Shown: positions 1 through 14,514 of the stretch, in pieces
Numbering within the stretch: the stretch's first letter is position 1
Layout: each line of letters starts with the position of its first letter
From: the human T2T-CHM13v2.0 reference genome, Homo sapiens
Assembly (NCBI RefSeq): GCF_009914755.1
Contig: NC_060925.1
Length of the DNA stretch: 64,000 nucleotides
Direction: 5' to 3' (one strand)
Made by a program: the position numbers and the translations under genes
The notes under the pieces: generated by a model
Seen by the model: the letters and a program-made list of their open reading frames with translations, nothing else
Told to the model about the DNA's origin: nothing
Database searches by the model: none

Positions 1-529
1 TTTTAAATAAATTTGTGATAAAAATGCTAACACATTTTTTGCTGTGAGATAAAATACTAAGGAACACTTTGTTAAAAGTTTTAAAAAACTTGTTTTACAA
101 ATGCACTTTTAAGGTTCCTTTCTGGTTTTGTTTTAAGTGAAACATCAATAATATGGTCATTTTCACATTTAAGATTCACATGGACTTTTTGCCCCTGACT
201 TTACTGTAGAAAGTCAAAGGTGCTAGAAGGGTGACCCACACTTCCTGCTGTTACACTTGAGCCAATGGCAATTATTTCATTTTAAGTTTATAGGGCACCA
301 GCATCTCAGTGTATATTTTGGCAGTTGAAACTTTGCCATTTAAAGGTTAGAATTTATTTTGAGAGGAAAACAGAGAAGCACTTCCATCTTATAAGACATT
401 TTTTAACTTTCCAAAATATGTGAAAATAGCATTAAATCATAAAACTCTTCAATTTAATGTAACACACTTTATTTAATTGTTTTATTTAATAATGAACTTA
501 ATAACCTAATAATCTATGTCCATTATCAA

Positions 530-760
530 ATACTGAATATAAAAGAAATGGGCAAAAAATAAGAACAGAAAACTTAGAGAAGAAACTCAAAATAATTATA
601 TAATGAGATACTCAAAATTATTAGTAATCAGGAGAAAATGGAAACAAATACTGAGGTTTTATTTTATCTTTGTTGGGCTATCAACAATTCAAAAGCTGAC
701 TAGGTATTTCTAAGGATATTGATATTTAGAATCATTCATGTACATCAACTAAGAGTGGTT
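530..760 (+). mobile_element. Highly decayed L1M (ORF2 3' region) fragment
   Basis: AAAAGAAATGGGCAAAAAATAAGAACAGAAAA...CTCAAAATTATTAGTAATCAGGAGAAAATG resembles the recalled L1 ORF2 C-terminal consensus. Confidence 0.45.
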
Positions 761-3494
761 TTTAGAAATCAATAACAAAAATGTGCTTTGAACTGAAGAA
801 AATGACTAATTTGATTTTTGCTAACTTGATATCCAGAAAAAAAGGTAAAAGAAGAAAAGTAAAGCTAGTTAATTAGGAAATATACAATTATAAAGAAGGC
901 ATTATAGAACAAGATCTTACTACTCAAATAAATTTAAAACAAAAACTTTCAGTTAATTTATTTTCAACATGTGTTTTTGGCATCTCTATACATATCTTTC
1001 TATCTATATCTATGTCTATACCTACACTGACATCTATATCTGTGTCATGTTTTATCTATATTATATATCAGTATATTTTTTAACTTCACATATAGATTAT
1101 CTATATATCCATGCCGGTCAAGATAGTGTTCTTCCATATTGTAATAGATTTAATTAGTTTCCTTTTGTTGATTGGTAGGTTGCACTGGTAATATATGAGA
1201 GAACAGGCAGTCAACAATTTTGGTGGTTTCAGTGAGATCCAATAATAAAATCTTTGCCATCACTCAGAAACAGATTAGTCCCCTCAAGAACTTGGATTGC
1301 AGTGTTGAGGATACTCTCAAACAATAGATCTGAACTCTGATTTCTTTACATTAAGCTCCCAAATGTTGAGTATGTTTTGTTTCCCACAAATTAGAAACCT
1401 CCTTTAGGAATTCATTATTGCCTGATTAGATTTGAAAAGATATATCTTTGATGAAGGGCTACTTCATTACTAAAACTACTGCTGTGATCACACCAGAAGG
1501 GCAGGATGGACCCCCATGCAAAATTTGGTTAAGATGTTGAGATTGAATATGACACACACAAGGTGATATCAAAGGTGTATTACTTAATGAGAATTTCCAG
1601 AAAGAAAATGTCAGGTCTCCCAGGCTGCTCCATAAGTTGCTTGAGGGATCAGAGAAAGGAGACTGGCTTGGATTTTTTAATGTGGATAGATATGGGGTTG
1701 AGGGATAGGTAACGGCTTGTGGGGCTTAAATCTCCCAATGGTGCCTAAGATGGGCACACACAGGGAGAAGAGAAAGAGAGGAGTGAGGCTTAAAAGCTGT
1801 CAGCAGTTAAAGATCAAAATATGAAGTTGTACTCCTTATTACCACTAATGGTTATTTCTCTATCTGTACTTTTCCTTTTTTTGTGCTTCTAAATTGAAGT
1901 CCCTAAGGAAATGGACAAGTGTAGTGTCAGATATGACATCTCTTGAACCTGCCATAATTGGGAAATCTATTCCAAAACTTATGGAAAGAGTCAGGAGGCT
2001 CTTGAAATTCCATATCGCAGAGTCTGATACAGACCTGGGTACCAACAGGAACCCCCATGTGGGGCTCAGTTCCTAAAGGCTTTCCTCCACAGAACATAAA
2101 AAACGTATTTGCAAAAATAATTTTTTGAAAATGACTCTCAATCTACATCAATTTGTTTTTGTTACCCCAGGCAACCAACTTAAGTTATATGTCTTTACTT
2201 ACTTCTAGACTATGTCCCAGGTTTGTTTGAAAAGTCTATTCTAGAGGGCCAAGAAGAATATTCAATCACTGGAAAAGCTTATATTGAAATGCTTCATAGT
2301 CAAAATGAAGCCTGTTTTGTATTCAAGGAAGCCAGGTTTTTAAGACCTGTTGAATTTTCCAGTGCTGCTACATGTTGATTATTTTGCACAAAGAAAACCA
2401 AATAAGAAGACATCTGGAGAACTGTAAACATCTTTGTAAGTTATATGTAACCATATTATAATGATCCAGTGTTGGTCTGGGGTCTATCACTTTTGGAAGC
2501 TGGAAGGGTGTTATTACCCAACCAACTTTTCAGTACCCTGCTTTTAATTAAAGCTTTGTGGAACTCGGAAATAGAGCTCAAGTTATCTTTGTATTTTGCC
2601 ACTGACTTTTCTTATGAGGACTATTTTATAAAGTGTATTTACATTTACTTAATTTTCCACTTTTGTTTTTCCATTCACTTCAGTGATTGTTACTGAGGCT
2701 TGCTCAGAGCTTCTCACTAGACCGATACTTTTGGCTTGGGAAAGGCCATAGCTTTTCTTGGCTTCTTTAGGAATAAGATCCTCCTATGTGTTTGCCCATG
2801 CCTCTGACTAGCCTAGGCATGAATTGTCCCTATGGCTCTCAACTGAAGTCTGCCATTCAGGCATGAAAATAAGATAATAATGTGGCTCAGGAGAATGTGT
2901 TGGACTCAAGCGAGAGCCTCTGAGCAGATAAATGAAGGATCAACGACAGTTGCTTTTCCTTTATTCTATCAATAAACTTTTGGCAGGGAGATTTTATTCT
3001 TTTGTCCTAGAGATAAGCTGACCAAAAAAAGTTATATGGCCCAAAGTTCAACCATCTAACATTTAAGTTTTGTTCATTCTGGCAGTTATTAATAATGCTG
3101 CTCTGGCCTGATCTAAATATCTTACCCAGTGATTTTCAGATAACCTTTAAAGAGTGGATCTGTGTATCCTGGAAAATAGTAGCAAAGAGAAAATATCTTT
3201 GCTTCTGTTTAAATTTCAATGAAAAGTAATTATAATAACAAAATACAAATACCTGATTTTGTAGAATTGAATTGTCCCATTGCAATAAGCCTACAGATAC
3301 GTGATTAACTCTGGTCAAAATTCTCGAACTGAGGCTGTGATAACTGAGTACGCGCACAGGAAAATGAAAGAGGTTAGGACTACAATGACTCAGATGACAA
3401 AAACCGGGGTTTTTCTTTAGTATTTTCAAAGATGTTTATTACAAATTTGTTTGTAGAAAATGTGGGTTATATGTGAAATTTGAAAATAAAAACA

Positions 3495-3821
3495 GGCTGG
3501 GTGCTGTGGCTCACACCTGTAATCCCTGCACTTTGAAAGGCAGAGTTGGGTGGATCACCTGAATTCAGGAGATTGAGACCAGCCTGGCCAACATGGTGAA
3601 ACCCTGTCTCCACTAAAATTATAAAAATTAGGTGGGTGTGGTAGTGTATGCCTGTAATACCAGTTACTTAGGTGGCTGAGAAAGCAGAATCATTTGAACT
3701 AGGGAAATGGAGGTTACAGGGAGCTGAGATTGCACCACTGTACTCCAGCACTCCAGCCTAAGTCCTAGGTGACAGAGTGACAGAGTGAGACTCTATCTCA
3801 AAAAAAAAAAAAAAAAAAAAA
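3495..3821 (+). mobile_element. Alu (diverged AluS/J), full length
   Basis: GGCTGGGTGCTGTGGCTCACACCTGTAATCC start, A-rich linker, right monomer and poly-A tail; micro-duplications near the 3' end. Confidence 0.95.
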
Positions 3822-5381
3822 TCTCAAAGTTAAAAGTTTATTACACAATATAAGCTATCTTGCCAGTGCTATTAAGAGATGTAAAGTATCTTTTCCTTCT
3901 TTTCTTGTGCTTTAAATGTTAGCAAACAATAAGAAAACCTAATTTTAAAATGCATTTTAAATGAGTATTCCTTAAAAATGATATGCTTTTAAAATATTTA
4001 TGAAGTAATTATCACAACGATCTTATTTGATCTCTAAAACATGTTTTAACAGAAGGAAAGCAGAAATTAATCTGTTTTACAAATGAGCAAACTGAACTTC
4101 AGGGAGATTTTTCACTTTATGAAGGTCAAAAGTAGTAGTGCTAGTTGGTCGTTGATTCTTGATATATCATCTATATATGCTGCAATTTATATTTTCCTGC
4201 TATCTTGGCATTTTAGGAGACAGATTATTTTGAGGAAAGAAACTTTTCTAAAAGTGTGAAATGCAAGAAAAGAGATGCTTCTGTACTTGTAGAATATTCA
4301 TGGTTGTGTTCCTATCTACCTCAATTTTCATTATATATTTTCCATCTGTAATTTTTATGTGTGCAGTTTCATAGCAACATTTATTTTTTGCTTTTGATCT
4401 TTCTCATGGAATTTTGAGGTTTACACATTAATTGTGTTTTTATGGAATAAATACATATATAAATATAATTCCTCAAATATTACAGAACTTAAGCTTTTAT
4501 TCCTCTAATGTTCTAATATTGATGCCTGTGAAGTAATATATATTTATTATTCACTATAATTATTCATTATGAATTATTTCATTAATACTTTTACTCTATG
4601 ACCCAGTTGTTGTTATAATCATGTTATTATATATTTTATTATAAGGATAATAAAGTCTCATATTCAGTTCTGATTAATCCAGCAAAATGCACATAAAAAT
4701 ATGAATTAGTTTTTATTTGCATTTTTAATTAGTTGTACTATCTCATTTGAGAAACAGATTTCCAGAATTTCACTTAAAAATGAATGGGGAAATGAACAAA
4801 AACAGTCAATGAAAATTTCAAAGGTAGGTCTTCAGCAAGGTCACTGTATGATACTTCTGAAGATATTAATTAATTTATCTGATAAAATATTCTCTTGTGG
4901 ACAAAACCCAGTATGTAGGTGATATTTATGTCATATGATGAACTATATGACTATTTTGCTTTTTTGATTTCAAACAGGGAAAAATCTATTCTGAAAAAAA
5001 GTCATTGCCCTATGGAATTGTATAATGCTGTTATTGATTATACATATATATCTCTAACACATCCTATCATGTAAAAAATTTATACCTCTACTAATTTGAT
5101 AAAAAACAAATAAACATAAATTTAAATTTATTTATGCTCTTTTCAAATGAAACTTGGATCATCGCAATCTTCTGATAATAATATTATAAAGGCACTTCAT
5201 CTCACTTGTGTATGTAAATTAACATTCTGAAATTTCAAGGCCAGCTCCACTGGAGTCCCAAATGTAGGAACAGTTAAGTAGTAAGTTTCATGAATTGCTG
5301 GAGACTGAATGTGGACTAGCATGTTGTTGCTACTGATCCCATGAATAGTAAAAGGATAATAAGTAAATATTACAAACTTTC

Positions 5382-5775
5382 TGTATTAGTGTGCTAGAAC
5401 TTTCATAACAAAATACCATTCGGTGTCTTAAACAATAGAAATTTATTTTTTTTCATTCTCGGAAGCTAGAAGTACAAGACTGAGATGTTGGCAGGTTTGG
5501 TTTCTTCTGAAAACTTTCTCCTTGGCTTGTGAATTGTTCCCATTTTGCTGTGTCTTCACATGGTTTTTCCTCTATGCAAGCTCATTCCTGGTATTTCTTC
5601 GTTTGTTCACATTTATTCTTCTTAGAAGGACACCAGTCATATAGATTAAAATTCACACTATCTTAATCAACTATTTAAAGACCTTAACTACAAATACATT
5701 TCATTCTAGATACTATGGATTAGGACTACAACACACATATTTGGCTGGGCATGGGGGCTGATAATTCAGTCCTTT
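5382..5775 (-). mobile_element. MLT1A/B-like MaLR solo LTR nested in the L1
   Basis: TGTATTAGT start, AAACAATAGAAATTTATTTT, CTGTGTCTTCACATGG, AAGGACACCAGTCATAT; the L1 sequence is continuous across it. Confidence 0.8.
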
Positions 5776-6084
5776 TATGCCCACAAATTTAATATCTTGG
5801 ATTAAGTGGACCAATTACTTGAAAGACACAAACTACTAAAACTCACACCATGCAAAATCGATAAACTGATTAAGTCAACACATATTAAATAGATTCAATA
5901 ATTAATACCTTGCCAAAAAGAAAGTGCTCAGTCTAAATACTTTTGCTATTAAATTATGCCAAACATTTATGGAAGAAATTATACCAATACTTCACAATAT
6001 CGTCCAGAATATATGAGGAACAATTTCTAACTTATTTTATTAGGCCAGCACTACTCTAATACTAAAATCAGGTAAACACAGGGG

Positions 6085-6371
6085 TTTTTGGGTTTTTTGT
6101 TTATTTGTTTTTTTGAGACGGAGTCTCTTTCTGTGGCCCAGGCTGGAGTGCAGTGGCAAGATCTCGGCTCATTGCAACATCCGCCTCACTGCAACTTCCA
6201 TGATTCTCCTGCCTCAGCCTCCCAAGTAGCTGGTATTATAGGTGCACACCACCATGCCCAGCTGATTTTTGCATTTTTTAGTAGGGACAGGGTTACTCTA
6301 TGTTGGCCAGGCTGGTCTTGAACACCTGATCTCAAATGATCTGCCTACCTCGGCCTCCCAAAGTGCTGGGA
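6085..6371 (-). mobile_element. AluS, 5'-truncated, nested in the L1
   Basis: T-rich tail, GAGACGGAGTCTC...CTCGGCCTCCCAAAGTGCTGGGA, then stops ~28 bp short of the Alu 5' end. Confidence 0.93.
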
Positions 6372-7368
6372 ACATGATTTTAAAAAAGAAAATGACAGAC
6401 AATATCTTTCATAAACAACATAGATTCAAAAATCCTTAACAAAATATTAGCAAATCAAATTTAACAATGTATGAAAATGAATGATACACCATGACAAAGT
6501 GGAATTTATTCCAAGTATCCAATGCTGCTTCAACATATGAAAAATGGCCAATGTAATCCACCATATCTCAGACTAACGGTAAGGATACCCTCTCTCATCA
6601 CTCTTAATATCCCCTGATTGAAAGTCCTAGTTATTTTAAGGCAAAATAAAACAGAAAGTACGAGATTGTAAAGGAAGGAGTAAAACTACCTTTATTTGCA
6701 GACGATATGATTTTACTAAGTAGAAAATTGCAAATAACTGGGAAAAAAAAATCCAAGAGCTGATCAGCAGCAAGGTCATAGGATACAAGATTACTATACA
6801 AAAGTCAGTTGCTGTCTTATATACCAGCAATAAATAATTTAGGTTTGATATTAAAAACAAAATGTGATTTATGATAACACCAAAATGAAATATTTAGTAT
6901 GAATATAATAAAATGAGTAAAAAAAATCCACACGGGAAACTACAAAACTCTGGTGAGAGACATCAGGAAAAAAACTCAATTAATGGAGAGAGATTTCATG
7001 TTCATAGACTGGAGAACTCAATAGTGTTAAAATGTCAGTTCTTTCCAACTTGATTCATATATTCAAAACAATCATAGCAGCAGTTCCAACAAGCTTTTTT
7101 GTATCAACAAATTAACTGGAAGGTTTATATGGAAACAAAAGAACACCCTAAAATTTTCTGCACAATACTGAAGAAGAGAAAAGTAAGAGGACTGATATAA
7201 CCAAATGCATGGTTTGGTTATAATTAAGCTATTATAATCTGTACACCATGTTATTGATATATTTATCAAAAGGTTATATAAATGAGTGGAAAAGAATAGA
7301 GAACCCAGAAATAGATCTACAAAAATATAGTTAACTAATCATTGAAAAAAGAGCAAAGGCAGTTCAAT

Positions 7369-7425
7369 GGATAAAGTATAGTCTTTAGGATAAAGTATAG
7401 TCTTTAGGATAAAGTATAGTCTTTA
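7369..7425. repeat. Perfect 3 x 19-bp tandem repeat (GGATAAAGTATAGTCTTTA)
   Basis: Identical units at 7369, 7388 and 7407, read directly. Confidence 0.97.
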
Positions 7426-10349
7426 CAACAAATGGTACTAAAAAGATTGGATGTTCATATTAAAAAAAATGAATGTAGGCACAAACCTTACACCTTTCAC
7501 AAAAAGTAACTCAAAATAGTTCATATACCCAAATATAAAACAGCACTATAAAACTAGCAGAGGAAAACATAGAAGAAAATTTATGTGACTCTGTGTTTGT
7601 GGTGTGTTTTTAGATATTAATACAACATCAAAAGAACAATCTATTAAAAATTGATGAACTGAACTGTATTAAAAGTAAGTTCTTTGGTTCTGTAAAGACA
7701 TAGTGAAGCGAATCAAAAGAGAAGCCACAGACTAAAGAAAATATTTGCTTAACATCTATCTGATAAGTGATTGTATCCAAATTCACAGAAATATTTAAAT
7801 CTCAATAATAACGTGATTCAATTAAAAATGGGCAAGATCTGAAAAGAATCCACACCAAATTTATGTAAATGACAAACAAGCATGTAAGAAGATATTCAGC
7901 ATTATTTGTCATTAAATAATTTCAAATTAAAACAACAAGAAATTACCACTGTACATGTATTTGAATGACTAAAAGCCATAAAATCTGGAAAATCGAATGC
8001 TGGAGAGGGTTGGAAGCAACAGAAGTTTTCATTCCCTCATAAAGAAAATGCAAAATTGTACAGCCAGAATGAAAGACTTTTTTTTAGTGTGTTAGAAAGC
8101 CAAATATAGCCATAACAATCTTGTTTCTAAGCATTTATGCAATTGATTTTAATACTTATGTCCTCATAAAAACCTGCAAGAAAAGTTTTTAACAGCTTTA
8201 TTCATAATTGCAAAACTAGACGCAACTGAAACAGTCTTCAATAGGTGAATAAATTTTTAAATCCTGTGATAAATCTATACAATAGAATATTATTTAGCAA
8301 TAAAACATGTACTATCAAGCAACAAAAACCGGGTAAACCTAAAATGCATATTGATGAATGAAAGATGGCAGTCAGAAAAGGGTAAATACTGTATCATTCC
8401 CATTAGATGATACTTTGAAAAAGGCAGAACTAGAGAGAGTGAAAATAGCAGTGGTAGGTTGAGATGTTGGGGGACAAGGACAGGGATGAACAGGTGAATA
8501 ACAGGGAATATGTAGGGGAGGGAAATTATTCTATATGATACTGTCATGGTGGAAAACATGACATTATCCAGTTGTTTAAATCCATAAACTTATAGCACAG
8601 CGTGAGCCTTAATGTATGCAAACAAAAATATCATTTAGGAGATTGGAGAATCCTAGGAAGCAATGCAGACTTTGACAATAGAATGTAATGCTATTTATAA
8701 ATACATGAAACAACCTCAGTGAGAAGGTGGGCGAGGGGGGTGGGTAGCTGATGAACTAAGTAATTTTGGAAATGAGAGATGTATGTAAGTCTAAAGGCGA
8801 AAGAAACATCACAAAAGCACTATACCGGCTAATGAAGTTTTTCCCATTGGGATACTGGTGGACAATCTTGATACTTCTATACACGTACACTGGAATTGAA
8901 CAATAAAGTAAATAGATGGTAAATCATGAGAGTGAAGTTTCTATTTGTTGAAGTGAGTATTTATGTAAAAGTAAGGGCAAGAGGCCAGAATAATTTATAT
9001 AGTGATAGATGAGGTTTGGAAAAATCAGTAAGACACATCAATCAATAAAACATAGAGGTGAAGATCTCAGGCTATTAGTGTAATATAGATATAGATTGTC
9101 AAATATGGAAATGTTTATTTATATGTAAATATATAAAGACAAATATATAGACATATATTTGAAAGGTGCTAAGAGGTCCTAAAAGAAATGACACCCCAGT
9201 AGAACTTGCACAGTTTGCATCCAGATCTTGTTTTCTAATATATTCCAATAAAAGAAACCAAAGCTCTTTGGATAAATGGCTCATTCTAGAGATGGGCCTA
9301 GAAATACACAAGATGAACACAGCTCATCTTGTCATGCTGGAAAATGAGGAGGTGTCCAAAAGCAAAAACAAACAAACAAAAAATGCCTATGGAGATATAT
9401 CGACAGAACACAAGAGCCAACTGAAAGACCTCTCAATGGCCAATCCTGAAACAATTTGAGCAAGAAAATGAAAGTTGTATTAATGTAATACAAAATACAA
9501 AATATATGTTGATGAGAACATCATGATATAAATAAATAATTATAAGAACAAATAAATATATAAGAAGAAGAGATGAGACAAATCTCCCATGAAGAATATT
9601 TCCAAATGATTTTTGTAGATTCTCCATTACCAAGGAGAGGGAGTATTAGTCCCCATTTCTTAAGTGTGTGATACATGTAATGTCTTCCTTCCAGAGTCTA
9701 GTATAGTAAGAGAGTGGAGAAGAGTAAGTTTAGAGTGGAGAAACCTGGCAAACTCCCGCTCTGCCAGGGAATCGAGGTCCACATCAACAGTCATTAATCA
9801 CTTGATAGTGTTTCCTTTATGTGATGTGATAAAAATGACACCTCATCTCTGTGACCTGTGTCCCTAAAACAGATAACCTCAGTCTAATCATGAGATAAAC
9901 ATTAGATAAATTTAAATTCCATTAGAGGATAAAGGTGCATACGACAAAGTACTTTACCAATAGTCTTCCAAAGTGTCAACATCATCAAAAATGTCACAGA
10001 AATTGACACAGCCCACAGGAACCTAAGGAGACATGGCATCCAAATGTAATGTGGCATTTTGAATAGACTCCTGAAACAGAAAAAGGACATTAGGTAAAAA
10101 CTAAGAAAATCTGAATAAATGAGGGACTTTAATTAAGAACAATATATAAACACCTGTTTAATAATTGTAATAAATATATTCTACTATGTAAGAAGATAAT
10201 ACAAGTGGAAACTGTGTATTAGGTATACAGGAACTCTCTAATATCATCTCAATTGTTCTATTAATCTAAAACTTTTCTAAACTATAAATCTGTTAAAAAT
10301 GTCCTTGAAATGGTTGACAAAATTCTCTTGATATAGATTCAATGCTACC

Positions 10350-10822
10350 TTTTCCACTGGCATCTTTTACTTCCTGCCCATCTCTCAGTCTGCCCCAGCC
10401 ACACTGGCTTCCACACTGGTCCTCGAGGCCGCTATACCCACTCACATCTCAGAAGTACCCACTGTGACTTCTACCTGGAACACTCTTTCTACATATGAGC
10501 TTAGCTAATATCCTTAATTCTTCAGGTCTCTGCTAAAAACTTTCCTCACAAGAGACAACTTCCATGACCATCATATACAAAATAAGCACGGTCCTCCATT
10601 GTCTCTCAGGAATACTCCTCATTCATGCTCAGTTTTACTATTCTTCTTAAAATGTATAAGTATTTGATATATCATATACTTTTATGTTTATTTATTTAAG
10701 GTTTGTCTCTTTCCATTAGCATGTAAGCAGCATGTAGGAAGGAATTTCACTGCTTTATTCACTATTGCATGCTCAGCATTTTAAAAAGTATCTGATTGAC
10801 ATTTAAAAAATTAACGAATGAA
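10350..10822 (+). mobile_element. L2 3' fragment
   Basis: CCAGCCACACTGGCTTCC, CTACCTGGAACACTCTT, TTCTTCAGGTCTCTGCT, TAGCATGTAAGC and a GAATGAA-type end. Confidence 0.75.
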
Positions 10823-12169
10823 GCATGCAATAAGCTGATAAATGAATATAGAATTTCTATAAATATGTGTTAGTATATCTAACATATCTGTAACGATCTT
10901 CTAGCAAGACTTTTGATGTTAATTTTATCCCTGCTCATCTTCAATTTCTGTGAAATTTGCAATTTAAGTTTACATTTTATATTTGTGCAGCACTTTATAA
11001 TACTTCCATTATGACAACTGCACTAGGCATAATGCTGTTTGCAACACAGTGTGGATCACAATCTGGAATATATAATGTTTAAATGTGACTGAACTGGAAT
11101 ATGTAATTTAGCAACATAGTAAAAAATGTATATGAGCTTGGCATTAAAAATGACAATAAAATATTATTGCCAAGCAGACTGTTTGAACACTTGGAGACTT
11201 CTTGAGTGTGTGCTAGAAAGAAAATTCTTTACTAATACCCAGTTCATGAACTTTCCTACAAAAAAAAAAAAAAAAAGAAATGACAACTAGATTATATCGT
11301 GGTATCACAATTTGGATGTAATATAAAATCCTGGAGAATGTGAGATATGAGAAATAAAATAATATGCTTCCTGCTGAGTATTCAAATCTGTTTTAAACAC
11401 AAAATGAACCCATAAAATTCCATTTTAATTTCCTCCAACTGTATAAGCTGGAGAAAAGCTGTGCTGTAGATTGAATATGCTGAAATTAGTCACGGCATAG
11501 ACTAAGATGTAAAACAAGTAATCTGGAAACACCCATTATTGAAAGACAGCTTTAAACAATGAAAAGTAAGATGTGTACGATGTTTCAAGTATTATCATTA
11601 GCATTGACTCTATGCAGCTAAGATATTCACACTGCAAAAAAGAATCTCACAATGTTGAATAGCCATTAATATGTTTTTCATACAGAGCACAACTACCTAA
11701 TATTTCTAGATGCATCTACTTGTTGTTAATGTATTTCAGTGCATTGAGGTTTCAGCAGAAGTTACAGGCTTTAGGTTTAGAAAAATCTAGGGACTCTGAT
11801 TTACTTAATGTATCTGAAATAATTTATGAAACTTTGTTGTAAAACAACAAATTGGCCACTGCATAAATATTACTATTATTTAAGACACATTAATGAACTA
11901 TATACTATAATTTTTAAAGGACATATCTTATTGGTCCAAAAATATTTATTAAGCATTGACTCTATTAAAGAGAATGTCACAGATTATAGGGAAGATAAAT
12001 TTTATAAATAAGTATAATATGCATGAGTATTTTAAGTACCATATCAGTATCATTATTTGTAAAAGAGAAATAAGTGCAGTTTTGAATGTTGAACTCACCA
12101 GACAGTTCCTGGATAAGCTCCATTTATCATGATTTATTATCATTATTATACTACTAGTTTCAGGTGGTC

Positions 12170-13130
<961 letters not shown>

Positions 13131-13674
13131 ATTTTTTTAATAAATATGGAAGCAATTCTGATTCAACATTTGAAAACAAATCAAGTTATTTCACCACATT
13201 AAAAAAGTAAGTGAGAAAATCCAAAATAGAATTTTGAAAACTAGAATGACCATAATGTTTCAGGGAAAGAAAGTAAAAGTATGCATTTTATTCACTTTCA
13301 ATTTTAAGAGTCAACAGAAATCTAAAGGAATTGAGAATATAAAAGTGGGTACATGTTGTTCCAAATTAGTGGGAAATTTATATTGTAGGCTCTAGGTGCA
13401 TTTTGCTTTAGAATGAGACTCATCAATAATATAGAAGACATTCCATAGTATAAGAGAACAAGTACTGTGACAGATTCTCCTAATAACATAAATTTGATTT
13501 TTTACTGATTTTAAAATTAAATACATTAATATATCACTAAAATAGCTAGAGATATGTAATTTCTAAAAGTAAAGCATACTATTATTAATATAAATATTGA
13601 ATATGTATAATTGTTGTCTGGTAAAAATTAAAAATACAGTAATAAGTATATAATACATATAAAAATAAATTCTA

Positions 13675-13980
<306 letters not shown>

Positions 13981-14514
13981 GAATAAATTTTACAAATACA
14001 TTTAAAACGTAAATAAATTAACAAAAGTTTACTGCATGATATTAAAAATATTCCAAAATAAATGTGCAGATATACCATTGCTAGTAAATAGGAGCCTCTA
14101 TGAATTAATATATAAATGTATCTCCAAATATTTTATACTTTTAATATATTCTCTTAAAAATCCCCAAGTTTTATGAAGATTTATAGCCTATTTCAAAATA
14201 TCTATGAACAAACAAATATCATGAACAGTCAGTGGCTGAAATAGAAGGCCAACTGGTAGGATTTAGCTTACTAGTTATTAAGAATTATTATAAATCTATT
14301 AGAATTAAAACAGACAAGTAAGATAAATAAGCAGATCTATAAGAAACTCATTAAAGAAGTAATCTTAATTTAGAAAGAGGGTATGACACATAAGTTGAAA
14401 GAATACTGCTGGGGAAATCATGTATTCATAGGAAAATCTTTAAAAAGGATTTCTAACTCTTTTAGTACTATATATATGTATTTATGTATATACTTTTATA
14501 CTCGTGTATTAACA

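Larger units (their letters stand above)
5345..10300 (+). mobile_element. Old L1 (L1MC3-like): decayed ORF2 plus long 3'UTR, interrupted by an MLT1 LTR and an Alu
   Basis: ORF2-type motifs (TTTATGCCCACAAATTT, AAAATCCTTAACAAAATATTAGCAAATCAAAT, TTATTTGCAGACGATATGAT = LFADDM RT motif near 6690-6710), then an L1MC-type 3'UTR ending near 10300; many stops and frameshifts. Confidence 0.85.

Noticed and set aside
969-1157. Tyr/Ile-rich ORF (also 39419-39613)
   Set aside because: Translation of degenerate (TA)/(TCTA) low-complexity sequence.
1860-2076. Overlapping opposite-strand 60-aa ORFs
   Set aside because: Non-ATG starts, chance length, no recognisable domain.
1480-3025. Possible old LTR fragments (~1480-1845, ~2690-3025)
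   Set aside because: LTR-like composition, but I could not assign a family or termini.
7369-7425. CRISPR-like array (also the 18-bp repeat at 26212)
   Set aside because: Head-to-tail units with no spacers, in human DNA with no cas genes.
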